Source of the DNA: a virus
Taxonomy: Duplodnaviria; Caudoviricetes
Reading direction: 5' to 3' (one strand)
Length of the DNA stretch: 64,000 bases
IMG/VR virus record: IMGVR_UViG_3300037851_000141
Coordinates: 224,001-288,000 of that record
Shown here piece by piece: positions 30,462-41,085 of the stretch. The notes under the pieces were generated by a model that was given only the letters and a program-made list of their open reading frames with translations, was not told where the DNA came from and ran no database searches. Each line of letters starts with the position of its first letter. Position 1 is the first letter of the stretch. The translations under genes were made by a program, and so were the position numbers.

Positions 30462-31073
30462 TCAAACCTCGTCAGAGTTAATGATTTTGATTCCGGCTTT
30501 AGTCATTTCAATAATTGCTTCATTCTCACTACCTACAGGATAATTGACACCACGGCAGGCATCAACAACAACATAGGTTTCAAAATGTTTAACAGCATCA
30601 AGAGCAGTAAACTTCACACAATAATCCGTAGCAAGTCCACAGATATAAACTTTCTTGACCCCAGCATTAAGTAAGAATGTTAATAGTCCGGTGTCATTTT
30701 TGTTATGATTGTCTTGGAATCCACTATAGCTATCAACCGTTGGATCACAGCCTTTATAAAATACTACCGGCGGCGTAAGCAAGTCTGGATGTAATTCGGC
30801 TCCTGGCGTATTTTGTACACAGTGAGCGGGCCACATCATTTGAGGTTGCCCACCTAATGTACCCATAGTAAACGGTTGAGTATTATTGTTTGCCGCAAAG
30901 CTACCATGATCCGCCGGATGCCAATCTTGAGTAGCAACAACTAAGTCATTTCTATCAAAGAATTTACGCATAATCTCATTGGCAACCGGAACGATACTAT
31001 CTCCATCGTTTACTGCTAAAGCACCACCAGGGCAGAAGTCATTTTGTATATCAACCAGAATAAGAGCATTCAT
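30462..31073 (-). CDS. pncA: nicotinamidase/pyrazinamidase
   Basis: LILVDIQNDFCPGGALAV, TQDWHP, WPAHCVQ, FYKG, YSGF, CGLATDYCVKFTALDA. Confidence 0.95.
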   Translation of the reverse strand: MNALILVDIQNDFCPGGALAVNDGDSIVPVANEIMRKFFDRNDLVVATQDWHPADHGSFAANNNTQPFTMGTLGGQPQMMWPAHCVQNTPGAELHPDLLTPPVVFYKGCDPTVDSYSGFQDNHNKNDTGLLTFLLNAGVKKVYICGLATDYCVKFTALDAVKHFETYVVVDACRGVNYPVGSENEAIIEMTKAGIKIINSDEV

Positions 31074-31624
31074 GGTGTTCCTCCTTTACTTGGCAACAGT
31101 TTAACAGAATTTTGAGCTAAGTCAACATATTTTCTAATTAAAGTATCGTGAGAAAATGCGAAGTTATATTTACTTAAATCATCAGCGTAAGCCCATTTAG
31201 CGTCAGCAACTTCAATACCATCAATATGTAAATCTGGAAGCGGATTATTGCCTAAATCAATACACATCCCATATCGTAGAGTTATATTCTGTCTATTTTC
31301 TTTTGGGTCAGTGTTCACATACCAAGGCTGTTGTAAATGTGATACAAGGATTTGCTTAAAGTCATTTATATCTAATCCAATTTCTTCATAAACTTCTCGT
31401 CGTGCTGCTTCTGGTCCAGTTTCATTACGATCTATATACCCGCATGGCACACACCACCGGCCAGGATAATCAAGAGCCTTGCCCCGCTGTTCTATTGCGG
31501 TATGTAAAATTCCATCTCTAACCGCAAGTAGAACAACGACTACAGCAACGGATCTTGACAGCCAGACTTCTCGACCGTCAGGTAATATTACTCGTTCATT
31601 AGGCTTATTATTGAATGTTGGCAT
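31070..31624 (-). CDS. NUDIX hydrolase (ADP-ribose pyrophosphatase-like)
   Basis: Nudix box GYIDRNETGPEAARREVYEEIGL; terminal FAFSH. Confidence 0.85.
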   Translation of the reverse strand: MPTFNNKPNERVILPDGREVWLSRSVAVVVVLLAVRDGILHTAIEQRGKALDYPGRWCVPCGYIDRNETGPEAARREVYEEIGLDINDFKQILVSHLQQPWYVNTDPKENRQNITLRYGMCIDLGNNPLPDLHIDGIEVADAKWAYADDLSKYNFAFSHDTLIRKYVDLAQNSVKLLPSKGGTP

Positions 31625-31632
31625 GTTATTTC

Positions 31633-33294
31633 CTATTTCCTACAGATTGGGAACCTACGACCGATACCAAACGATACTGGACTGATCTTGACGATTGGAG
31701 CAGTTTGACGACGTTTATATTCAGCTATGTTAATAATCCGAATAATCCTGTTATAGTTCTGTTCGTCAATATCATCCGACTTACGGCATTTCTTGAAGGT
31801 ATCAAAGTTGTCAATCCGTTCTTCAATATATGCTTGACAGATACGATCAAGAATAGGATACGGCAACAAACTATCTTCATCAAACTGACCAGGAGCCAAT
31901 TCAGCACTTGGTTTCTTTTCAATTATCTCAGTTGGAATATGCGGTCCAAACTTTTCATTGATATGCCGGCACAAATCAAACACTTCCATCTTGTATAAAT
32001 CTCCAATCGGATTATACCCACCGCAACCGTCAGCATAAATGGTTCCGTATCCACACGATGCTTCAGTTTTGTTCATGGTCGAAAGCATCATAGCTCCCAA
32101 ACCATTACTAAACATCATAATATTGACCATGCGAAGACGGGCTTGAATATTCTCGTCAGCAACTTTATTCCACGATGGTTTATTAGGAATCGCATCATGG
32201 AAAGCTTTAGTCATCGGATCATGGTCAATCGGAATCAAATACTCATGACAACCAAGATTCTGATGAAGTTTCTTGGCATCATTTACACTTCCTACACTAC
32301 TATAACGACTTGGCATCATAATACAATGTACATTATCTCCACCAAAAGCGAGTTTAGCGAGAGTGGCAACAAGCGCACTATCAATGCCACCACTACTACC
32401 AATTACTACCGACTTGAATCCACTCTTAGTGATATAATCCTTCATACCAAGCAGAATCATTTTTAGAGTTTCTGATACAATACCAGGATAGGTTTCAGCT
32501 TTACAGTGGTAATACTTATTTTCTAGAACAAGATGATACGAAGCTTGGTAATGTTTATCATTTATATCATCTGGATTTTCTACGAAAAGTCTAGTCCCTC
32601 GCTCGCCATATTCTGCTTGACTATGCCCGTCAAATACAAGTTCATCATTACCACCAATCTGATTGACATAAAATATATTTACTCCATAATTACTCGCGGC
32701 CCGCCGAATCAACTCCCGACGATTATTAGGCTTCATTTTAACATATGGCGAACTGTTAAGACTAAACACATTTTGTACGCCAGCATCGGCCAAATCCTTA
32801 ATGGGGTTATCTTTATACAGGTTCGATGTCCAAAGATCCTCACACACAATCAACCCACAATTCTCACCATTGATCTTAAACACACACGACTCTTTACCCG
32901 ACTCAAAATACCGTTGCTCCCAAAATACGTCATACTCTGGAAGAAGCCGCTTTTGATATGTAGTAATAATCCGACCATTCTTGACAACAGCAGCCATATT
33001 CCTAAAAGGCTTCCCATGACCACTGTAATTATTATCAACATATCCAACAATGACATTAAGGTTCTGATAATGGCTCGCATACTTGACAATCATATGGAGA
33101 TAATCAAGATTCCGATCAACAAATCCATGAGTGTAAATCAGGTCTTGAATCAGATAACCTGGAATACACAACTCTGGAAATATAACAACATCAGCTTCGT
33201 GTTGAGCAGCATAATCAATTCCATCGGTAATCTTCTTGAAATTACCAGTGAAATCGTTAGGTGTAGTGTTGATTTGTCCGATGACGACTTTCAT
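31633..33294 (-). CDS. nadE: glutamine-dependent NAD+ synthetase
   Basis: Nitrilase domain (FPEL, KRLLP.Y.VF.E.RYF, VCEDLW) fused to synthetase (GSSGGIDSAL, ENIQARLRM, NKTE, KPSAELAPGQ.DED, AEYKRRQ). Confidence 0.95.
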   Translation of the reverse strand: MKVVIGQINTTPNDFTGNFKKITDGIDYAAQHEADVVIFPELCIPGYLIQDLIYTHGFVDRNLDYLHMIVKYASHYQNLNVIVGYVDNNYSGHGKPFRNMAAVVKNGRIITTYQKRLLPEYDVFWEQRYFESGKESCVFKINGENCGLIVCEDLWTSNLYKDNPIKDLADAGVQNVFSLNSSPYVKMKPNNRRELIRRAASNYGVNIFYVNQIGGNDELVFDGHSQAEYGERGTRLFVENPDDINDKHYQASYHLVLENKYYHCKAETYPGIVSETLKMILLGMKDYITKSGFKSVVIGSSGGIDSALVATLAKLAFGGDNVHCIMMPSRYSSVGSVNDAKKLHQNLGCHEYLIPIDHDPMTKAFHDAIPNKPSWNKVADENIQARLRMVNIMMFSNGLGAMMLSTMNKTEASCGYGTIYADGCGGYNPIGDLYKMEVFDLCRHINEKFGPHIPTEIIEKKPSAELAPGQFDEDSLLPYPILDRICQAYIEERIDNFDTFKKCRKSDDIDEQNYNRIIRIINIAEYKRRQTAPIVKISPVSFGIGRRFPICRK

Positions 33295-33297
33295 GGG

Positions 33298-33696
33298 TTA
33301 TACCTTTACTTCAATCCAGGGTGTGTGAACCAATATTTGCCCGTCTTCCTTCTTTGTTGTTCTCGCTATGACTTTACACTTGAAACCAAATTTACGTAGT
33401 TTCTTACAAAGTGGTTCAAGTTTCTTGGCTGCCTTTTTGTATTCATATAATTCTTTTTCCGGTGATAATTCAATTGGGTCATGATTTGGATTCTCGCACC
33501 AAGGTCGATAATTATAAGATCCAAAAGAACTCTTCCAATAGATATCAAGTTCAACACTATCATGCTGAAACTGATCATCCGAAAATTTATTAAGAATGAT
33601 TTGTAATGCGGTTCCAAGTTCAGTATCAGTAATTTTATCAATGTACTCATCTGACCATACTTTAGTTAGATTCTTTATGATTTTGGCAATGTTCAT
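33298..33696 (-). CDS. hypothetical protein inside the NAD operon
   Basis: 132-aa ORF translationally coupled to pncB; no HxGH motif. Confidence 0.65.
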   Translation of the reverse strand: MNIAKIIKNLTKVWSDEYIDKITDTELGTALQIILNKFSDDQFQHDSVELDIYWKSSFGSYNYRPWCENPNHDPIELSPEKELYEYKKAAKKLEPLCKKLRKFGFKCKVIARTTKKEDGQILVHTPWIEVKV

Positions 33697-34877
33697 AGCT
33701 GTTCTCCAAAGTGAATGTGTTTCATAATCTTAACCATAGTTTCATCACCAATGGCTTTAGTTGGCGTATCCGATAGCTTGACGACAGGAATACCATTAAC
33801 ATCCCGCAACTTGATAACCATATTCAACGGCTTGCTCTTTTCATTTACATTACTCTCTTTATTGAAATTTGATGTGAAAAAAGTACCAATTCCAAACGAA
33901 CATCCAATTTTACCACGGCAATATTCATTTATTTTTACCGCTTTTTCAACATCTAATCCATCACTGAAAATAATAGTCTTCAACTGCGGTTCAATCCGAA
34001 GACTCTTATAGTGAGCAATAATCTTATCAGTGAAAACAAAAGGATCACCCGAATCATGGCGAACCGAATCCCACAGTTTAGCCTTATCAAGCGTGAAATC
34101 TTTGAGGAACGAATCTATACCATAAGTATCCGGCAGCATCGTTCCCAAAGCACCTTGATAGACCTTAGCCCAATTTTCCATCAGATACTTATTAGGACGA
34201 TTCATGCTCTCCAATGCCGCAGTAGCTTGGATTAACTCATGGGCCAGAGTACCAATCGCCCTAACTCCATATTTCATAGCCAGATATACATTACTGGTTC
34301 CTACAAATTCGGCATATCGCTTCATTTCATGTACAACAATATCTTGAGTATCAAAGTTTCTACGACGACGAGTACCAAAATCAGCATATTTACAGCCACC
34401 ATATGCCAACTTCCTAGCATTATCCCTAGCTAAACCAATCTGATCATTCATATTCCAATCAGTATCAATCATCTTGAAATATACTTCCGAAATAATAGCC
34501 ATCAAAGGCACTTCCCATAGAATTGTATCTCGCCATTTACCAGCAATAGTCAGTTGAAGTTGGTCGTCATCATCCAACCAAACATGAACTTGCTTAGGAT
34601 TAAACCTAAATGCCGCTAAATACTGCCTAAACGTGACAGGAAGGAACGGTATAGTATTCTTGATAAAGTCATATTCGGTATCTTGAAGCCTCAGATTCTC
34701 CATCAAGTTAATCTGACGCTCAATCTCATCCCTAGCCTCTTTTGTAAACTTCATACTCTTATTGCGATTATTGAAACTATAAGTAACATTAGTTTCGGGA
34801 TACAGCGAGAGAACAAACCACATCATCGTGAATTTGTATAAGTCATTGTCCAGCAAGCTCGTAATGACCTGTTCCAT
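33693..34877 (-). CDS. pncB: nicotinate phosphoribosyltransferase
   Basis: LLDNDLYKFTM, DFGTRRR, GTSNV, GTLAHE, LPDTYG, VRHDSGDP, FSDGLD, FGIGT, VIKL, VKLSD...KA. Confidence 0.95.
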   Translation of the reverse strand: MEQVITSLLDNDLYKFTMMWFVLSLYPETNVTYSFNNRNKSMKFTKEARDEIERQINLMENLRLQDTEYDFIKNTIPFLPVTFRQYLAAFRFNPKQVHVWLDDDDQLQLTIAGKWRDTILWEVPLMAIISEVYFKMIDTDWNMNDQIGLARDNARKLAYGGCKYADFGTRRRRNFDTQDIVVHEMKRYAEFVGTSNVYLAMKYGVRAIGTLAHELIQATAALESMNRPNKYLMENWAKVYQGALGTMLPDTYGIDSFLKDFTLDKAKLWDSVRHDSGDPFVFTDKIIAHYKSLRIEPQLKTIIFSDGLDVEKAVKINEYCRGKIGCSFGIGTFFTSNFNKESNVNEKSKPLNMVIKLRDVNGIPVVKLSDTPTKAIGDETMVKIMKHIHFGEQL

Positions 34878-34912
34878 GGCGCACCACCTTTCTTACGACG
34901 ATATTATAATAA

Positions 34913-35497
34913 CTAAATGGCAAGTGTCAAGGTCGGCTTTACAACAGCATGCGGATCAATCGAAGGCACCCAGCGCAAATCACCAGTCTTTTTAAGCAAC
35001 TGTTCGCAACTAAGATCATTATTCTGGAATTGGCTGGCTGGCGTCTCGTCAACCTTTACCAGATGATAGCCAAGATCCGCCACAGCCTTTTGCGCAAGTT
35101 CTAAAGTGATAGCACCATGAGTAAAGGTATATCCGAGCTTCCAGGCATCTTCATTAGACGTATAAGCCACTTCAACACAGGGTCGGAACAGACGATTCAT
35201 AACACCAGCACGACTTGACCATGGACCGCGAAGAAGCTTAGTCGTTCCATCAACAAGAGTTATCTCAAATTCCCGACCACCAAACCCTTCACCCGGTTGA
35301 TTATAATAGAAGAAGTGACAGAATCCATCAAGTTCAGCAAAATAACGGCCAGAATTCTCCTGATAACGTAAAGCCTTATAGTTAGGTTCCTTATCAACTA
35401 AAATAAGAAGATCAGGCTCATTCATAAAGCCGTGATTCCAGTCGATCTTTGCCTTGAGGATGTTCATGATAGGTTCCTTCCTTGTTGGTTCACACAT
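34913..35497 (-). CDS. hypothetical protein, first gene of the NAD operon
   Basis: ORF, likely start near 35467; promoter TTGACA-N15-TAGAAT at 35496-35522. Confidence 0.65.
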   Translation of the reverse strand: MCEPTRKEPIMNILKAKIDWNHGFMNEPDLLILVDKEPNYKALRYQENSGRYFAELDGFCHFFYYNQPGEGFGGREFEITLVDGTTKLLRGPWSSRAGVMNRLFRPCVEVAYTSNEDAWKLGYTFTHGAITLELAQKAVADLGYHLVKVDETPASQFQNNDLSCEQLLKKTGDLRWVPSIDPHAVVKPTLTLAI

Positions 35498-35570
35498 TCT
35501 ACCGAGATTTTACCAATGTCAACAACTATTTTTCGTTTGACTTGGGCTTGACATTAGATAAGATGGTGGG

Positions 35571-35855
35571 ATGAATAAAGTCAAAGAAGTATCCGATTTA
35601 TATGGTGTTGTATTTAAGCAGTATTTCTGGACCAATGCTGATGAAGAGAATGAAGCGTTTAGTTATGTTGAAGAATACGTAGAAAGACCAGTTGAAACTC
35701 TTATATATCATTCAGATAGCCCAAACCACGATGCTGTATTTTATGTAATCTCAAATATAATTGAAACTGTTATAGGTAATCCAATTTTCTCAGATAGATA
35801 TAAACACACATATAAAACCAATAAACAACATATCCTAAAGGTCTTACATGATTGA
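35571..35855 (+). CDS. small protein, first member of the array with shared C-terminus
   Basis: Ends YKTNKQHILKVLHD. Confidence 0.6.
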   Translation: MNKVKEVSDLYGVVFKQYFWTNADEENEAFSYVEEYVERPVETLIYHSDSPNHDAVFYVISNIIETVIGNPIFSDRYKHTYKTNKQHILKVLHD

Positions 35856-36510
35856 ATTACATCAAGATTTATTAGAAGAACAAGATAAACCTACATATTA
35901 TCTCGATAAAAAATTAATAAGCGGCCAAACCTATATACAAGATAATGAGAATACTTGTGGATTTTTAGCAATTATTAACGCATTATCATATTTTAATAAA
36001 CCTATTCCCAATATTAAAAAACTAAGAAAATTAGCTAAAAAATATCAATTACAATATGGTTCATCGCCACAGGATATACAAACATTATCACATGAGTTAG
36101 GCATTCATTTATCAAAAATTAAACCCGACAAGAATCAAATAATTAATGCCGTAAATAAAGAATTTCCAGTTTTAATTAGTATGAGATTTAGCTTGAATGC
36201 TCCGCATATTCCAGAACCAAAATATGATACAAAAATAATCAATTTCAATGTAGGCATTAATAACATTATTTCGTTTTTATCTTCAGAACAAAATGAAAAA
36301 TTAAAAGAAAACTGTATTGGCGAATTCCACACAACCTTAATAATCGAATATGATAAAAATATTGATAAATTTTTATGTCTAAATATGTTTCATAATTGTT
36401 GGATGAATTATAATGAGTTTATATTTGATGTTGGACCAAATGGTGAAAAATGGGACACAACGTTTATATGTACAACAACTCCAATAAAAATAACCGGATT
36501 TCCATTATGA
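35848..36510 (+). CDS. papain-like (C39-like) peptidase
   Basis: QDNENTCGFLAIINAL (Q..C), FHTTLI (H), CLN. Confidence 0.55.
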   Translation: MIELHQDLLEEQDKPTYYLDKKLISGQTYIQDNENTCGFLAIINALSYFNKPIPNIKKLRKLAKKYQLQYGSSPQDIQTLSHELGIHLSKIKPDKNQIINAVNKEFPVLISMRFSLNAPHIPEPKYDTKIINFNVGINNIISFLSSEQNEKLKENCIGEFHTTLIIEYDKNIDKFLCLNMFHNCWMNYNEFIFDVGPNGEKWDTTFICTTTPIKITGFPL

Positions 36511-37481
36511 TTAAAGGATTTGTACCTCGTTATCCATATAAGTGTAATAGGAAGGATGATATTTTTCCTATTATTGACGTTGAACGTGTATTTGGAATGA
36601 TCTTAAAATTTCCAAAATTTAAGAACCCATTATTACATTATCATAGATTTCCAGCATTATATGGGTGCGGATTATTATCATTAGTATGTCAAAAAATAAT
36701 GGAATCTCAAAATACGGTAAATAAGAAACATATTCTAAAGGTGCTACATGATTGACGGAATCGACGGCCTAAATCATTACCAGAGACTCACTTATAATAA
36801 CACTTTACGTCAATTATGTAATCCTTTAGATGCTATAGGTGGGATAATAGGTTCACCACATGTTTTTATGATGAGTTCAAAAATTATGTATAAATTGTGG
36901 CCAACACTTTTTGTTTATGGAGTATTCGGAACAATATATGTAAACTTGGAAAAATCTCAAAATAAGGTAAATAAGAAACATATTCTAAAGGTATTGAAAA
37001 ATGATTGACGGCGTTAGATTTCGTGATCGGACATGGGTTGTTGATGATAGGTTTATTACTCTTCGTGAAGTTGATAATGTAATTGGATGGGTATGTCTGC
37101 CTCCAAAATTTAAGAACCCGCGATTTAACTTTTTCACATTCCCTCTTTTATATGGATACGGAATAACAGCAACGATATATAGCAAAATAATGGGATCTCA
37201 AAATAAGGTAAATAAGAAACATATTCTTGAGGTACTACATGATTAATCAGGCTCGGGAACTTGCGTTGCTTTCATTTGATTCTAAATGTCTTTGTTTATG
37301 TCGTGATTTAGAGCAAGTTAGAAGAATTGTTGGTTTTGTTTCTCCTTATTCAACGGCTATTGTATTTCGGATATTCCCACACTTAAGAGGATTTGGAATA
37401 GTGTTCGAAATATATAAAGTTCTTGAAAAACAACAAAATAAGGTAAATAAGAAATCCGTCCTTGACTCTCTAAAAAACTAA
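36507..37481 (+). CDS. tandem array of four paralogous 80-86-aa genes (36507-36755, 36748-37008, 37001-37246, 37239-37481)
   Basis: Each ends (S/Q)QN(K/T)VNKK(H/S)(I/V)L(K/E/D)(V/S)L. Three share FPxLxGxG. Consecutive genes overlap by 8 nt. Confidence 0.75.
36701..37460 (+). repeat. about 50-nt direct repeat at about 245-nt period (AAAATAAGGTAAATAAGAAACATATTCT(A/T)(A/G)AGGT...ATGATT)
   Basis: Copies near 36705, 36955, 37195 and 37430; partial copy near 35815. Confidence 0.75.
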
Positions 37482-37511
37482 GGTAAAATATCCGTACATA
37501 AAGGAATTCCC

Positions 37512-38626
37512 ATGAAACCATTCAAGACTATCTTATTATCAAAAGAAGATTATAACGATACATTATCACAGAGTATTTACACCTCATATAATCTTATTGG
37601 TGTGATGCTTGAAGAAGATAAAGTCCAAATTGTAAAGAATCGTTTAGGCGAATCCGCAGTTGTTACTTTAGACAGATGGTATGAACTTGTAAAAAATGGC
37701 ACAAAAGAATGGAATCTGCTTCAAAAGGGCATTAAACTTCCAGATGCCGAAGCAATGCTTATTTTCAAGAAAGGTGGTAATGCTGTTATTGTAGCTAATC
37801 AACATGAAAACCCAAACTCAAGCGATCCAACTTTATCAATATTATGCCAAGAGTGCGACTTGTGCCATTGCGAGTGTCATTCTTTATATATTGATCCTTC
37901 TCATGGTGAATATTCTGGATCAACTCTCTGTTTTACTTGCTTAAAAAATATAATAACGTTACATAAGGAAAATGTATGACAATAGAAGTAATCATCATTT
38001 CATCTATCATTATTCTTGCGGCTCTTATATACATTATCAACATGGTACTATATAAGAATCTTTACTATAAATTCTTAGAAACCCACGGTAATGATGCTTG
38101 GTTTGATTCAGAACAACGTAAAAAGATGAACGGCTTTCTTGGTGCTATTCGTTATATATTAGGTAAAAAGAAATAAATATTGACTCTCTCATAAGCTAAA
38201 ATAGAATATCAGCCCATAAAGGACGCCATCATGTCACCATTCAAAACCTTGTTGCTACCAAAAGACTTTGACTTGAAAACTTTAAGGTTTGACCAAAGTA
38301 TAAAGTCTCATCTTATTGGTTTGCTATGTGAAGAAAATAAAGTCCAAATTGTAAAATCTCGTTATAGCAATGCTTACCCATTGGTTACTTTAGATGAATG
38401 GTATAATATTGTAAAAACTGAAACAACATATTGGAATAATGCCCAAAAACGAGAAGATAAAAATATTCAACCAACGTTAACAATACGCGAAGGTCTTATT
38501 TGTGATAATTGTAAAAAACAGTGTAATAATCCTTGTATTGAATTGACTAATAATGACGGTGAAAAAACTACCCACTGTCTCGACTGCTTAACAAATATTC
38601 TCCATGTCTTTAAGAACTACAAATGA
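37512..38626 (+). other. two paralogous genes (37512-37979, 38231-38626) flanking a small TM gene (37976-38176)
   Basis: Both begin M(K/S)PFKT(I/L)LL, share LIG..(L/C)EE(D/N)KVQIVK.R and a C-terminal CxxC..C...CxxC finger, and each has its own TTGACT-N16 promoter. Confidence 0.65.
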
Positions 38627-40319
38627 CCCAAAAGACCACAACCCATATCCATTGTGATGTTTGTGAGAAAGAAATTGACAATTCACTAATGTTTGTTTCT
38701 GTTCCATTTAAGTATTATTTGGATCAAGTTGCGGCAATCAATATACAAGTCTCTGTTGATATTTTCGGACATAAAGGACATATCTGCGAATCGTGCTTCA
38801 AAGAAATTATGAGAAGGTATCTTAATGAGCCTTGACGATCTGTTTGAAACTAAAAATACAGATAATGTCGATATCGTAAGCATCAAAACTGAATATTATA
38901 AACGTGGTAAAAGATTCTACGCTTCTAAAGTCATAACCCCAATTAGTTCACTATCTAAAGGCCGAACATTAACTGACGAAGTGTCTGATTGTGGTCCTGA
39001 AGTAATTGACCAAATAACCAATCTATACGAAGTTCCAGACGGTTATTATCAAGTTGTACTCAGTAATGTGTCAAAAGATTATGAAACTGGTTATATTGAT
39101 GATTATGACTTTACCCTAATTCCATACCAAAAGGAAATAAAATGAAGCTCGACTTATCTAAACTAACTGAAGAAGATATCATTAAACTGTACGACCTATC
39201 ACGACATTTCAATGGGCCAATTTATGAAGATGCTGATCCTTGGGGTGGTTCGTGTAAATTCGATGAAGAAAAAATAATGAACTTTGTAAGAAATTCCCGT
39301 ATATTAGCTAAACATATTGAGAAACTTGTTGATAAAATTGAAAAACGAGTTGTACGTAAAGATATTATAACCGCGCAGGAAGCAAGAGAATATGGTGAAA
39401 AGAATATTGAAATTGAAATAAAATCTAATGAACTTCCTGAACAAGTTATAAAAACACTAATGAAAAGAATACAAAAGGTTATCTCATCCAAACCTCCTGA
39501 CGGTGACCAATATATATTTACGGAAGGTATTGATGATTATGGCAATGAAGTCAGAGGAATCTCGAATTATTTGTCTAAACCAGTAATAGAACAGATTATT
39601 ACTTACTTTACTGATCTTGGATATAATGTTAAACCAGCAAGAGAACATTTTCAGGATTCATTGAAAAATATATATCGCATAGATTGGATTGAACAAGATA
39701 AACCTCAATTACCCCCACCAGTTTATCAAAGAGAAGACGCACAACCAAAGGAAATAAAATAACATGCCACACTACAATCTAATAATCACATACGACAAAT
39801 CCGAAGAAAATACATACAAATCAACAATTGTCGAACCAGAATTCAGTTACAATACCACCACCAGTTTACTCAAAGACGAAATTGAACTGGTTGATAAATT
39901 GGCAGATATGGTTAGAGGTAGATGTAGATCACTCCAACGAGTATGCCCAACTTGCGGAAAAACTAAAGATGATCCGGCAGCAGCATATTGTTCAAATGGG
40001 TTCCACCTTGACGAAATGAAATATTTGTTTGGTAGGAGATATACTAAAAATGAATTATAACCCTTACAGCAGATCATCAATAGATTTAGAGAATGTCAAG
40101 ATTTTCTGCCATCATGTACTAAACTACTTTATTTGTTATTTTATTATCAAATTTTGGCCAATTGATACTGTCGCGCCTATACATACATTTGCTGATGCTG
40201 CTTGGGCTTTACTTCAGATATTGATGCTTGGTAGTTGTTTTATCTTTTATTGGGTGCTGATTTTTAGAATATTTTTTGCTAAAACGCCAACTGAAGATCG
40301 TTTCGTCCCTACTCTGTAA
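38623..40319 (+). other. five hypothetical genes (38623-38835, 38825-39145, 39142-39762, 39764-40060, about 40050-40319)
   Basis: Overlapping start/stop codons; AAGGA RBSs. Confidence 0.55.
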
Positions 40320-40373
40320 AATTGTTCTTGACTTCCTATATATCAGGCTATAATGCGACCATAAGGAAATAAA

Positions 40374-40673
40374 ATGACAAATAAGAAACAGAACCGCATC
40401 GCTGTGTTGAAGTTTACTGATTATATCGATTATACAATTCCAGATGAACATATCTCAAAATCTCTAAAAGCAGTAAACCGTCATAATCTTGGTGTTGATA
40501 GTCCAAATATTGTTGATGCTACAGGTAATCTTGTTGAAAATCCAAAAATTAAGAACCACCCAAAGCGTAAGTTCAATCTAAACGCCCATTACACGCTACG
40601 TCGTTCTTGTCAACATAAAGTTAAAGTCACACTATACAATGATGGCGACCATGATATTGAAATTTGTTCTTGA
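40374..40673 (+). CDS. hypothetical protein
   Basis: 99 aa behind the first promoter module. Confidence 0.65.
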   Translation: MTNKKQNRIAVLKFTDYIDYTIPDEHISKSLKAVNRHNLGVDSPNIVDATGNLVENPKIKNHPKRKFNLNAHYTLRRSCQHKVKVTLYNDGDHDIEICS

Positions 40674-40743
40674 CTTCCAAAATATCAGGCTATAATGCGA
40701 CTCGTCAAACAAAAGGCATAAACAACCCACAAAGGAGATAAAC

Positions 40744-40989
40744 GTGTCTGAAGAATCTTATTTCATGCTATGGGCCGATGAAGATGGTGGTCACTGTGAA
40801 AAACTCACCAGAGAACAAGTACAAAAACGAATTCAAGAAATGGCCGAAGGCGGTGGCGACAGGTCATGTATCAACGCAGTACCAAAGAATTCCGACATGA
40901 ATTATTGGGGCGAATCAGTAGTCATTATCAAGGGATCAGTCGTTGTGCCACAGAAGAAAGAAGTCGTCGTTAAGTACGAAATCGAATAA
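40744..40989 (+). CDS. hypothetical protein
   Basis: 81 aa, GTG start, AAGGAG RBS. Confidence 0.65.
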   Translation: MSEESYFMLWADEDGGHCEKLTREQVQKRIQEMAEGGGDRSCINAVPKNSDMNYWGESVVIIKGSVVVPQKKEVVVKYEIE

Positions 40990-41085
40990 CAGTTGACTCT
41001 ATAAAAAGCTTGACTTCCAAAATATCAGGCTATAATGCGCTCGTCAAACAAAGGCATACAACCCTCAACAAAGGAGAAACCCATG

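Larger units (their letters stand above)
40327..41060 (+). repeat. three near-identical promoter modules CTTGACTTCC-N-ATATCAGGCTATAATGCG at about 340-nt period
   Basis: TTGACT-N15-TATAAT at 40328-40354, 40670-40696 and 41010-41036; the last two share about 65 nt through the AAGGAGA RBS. Confidence 0.85.

Noticed and set aside
32533-33399. 288-aa plus-strand ORF, and similar antisense ORFs over pncB, rIIB, Rnl2, the kinase and 21139-22374
   Set aside because: Shadow frames opposite well-supported genes, with no RBS, promoter or motifs.
33298-33696. Unknown ORF as the missing NaMN adenylyltransferase
   Set aside because: No HxGH/TxGH or other nucleotidyltransferase motif; left as hypothetical.
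35812-37460. Periodic direct repeats as a CRISPR array
   Set aside because: Spacers are about 190-200 nt and protein-coding, repeats are degenerate, non-palindromic and in frame, and there are no cas genes.
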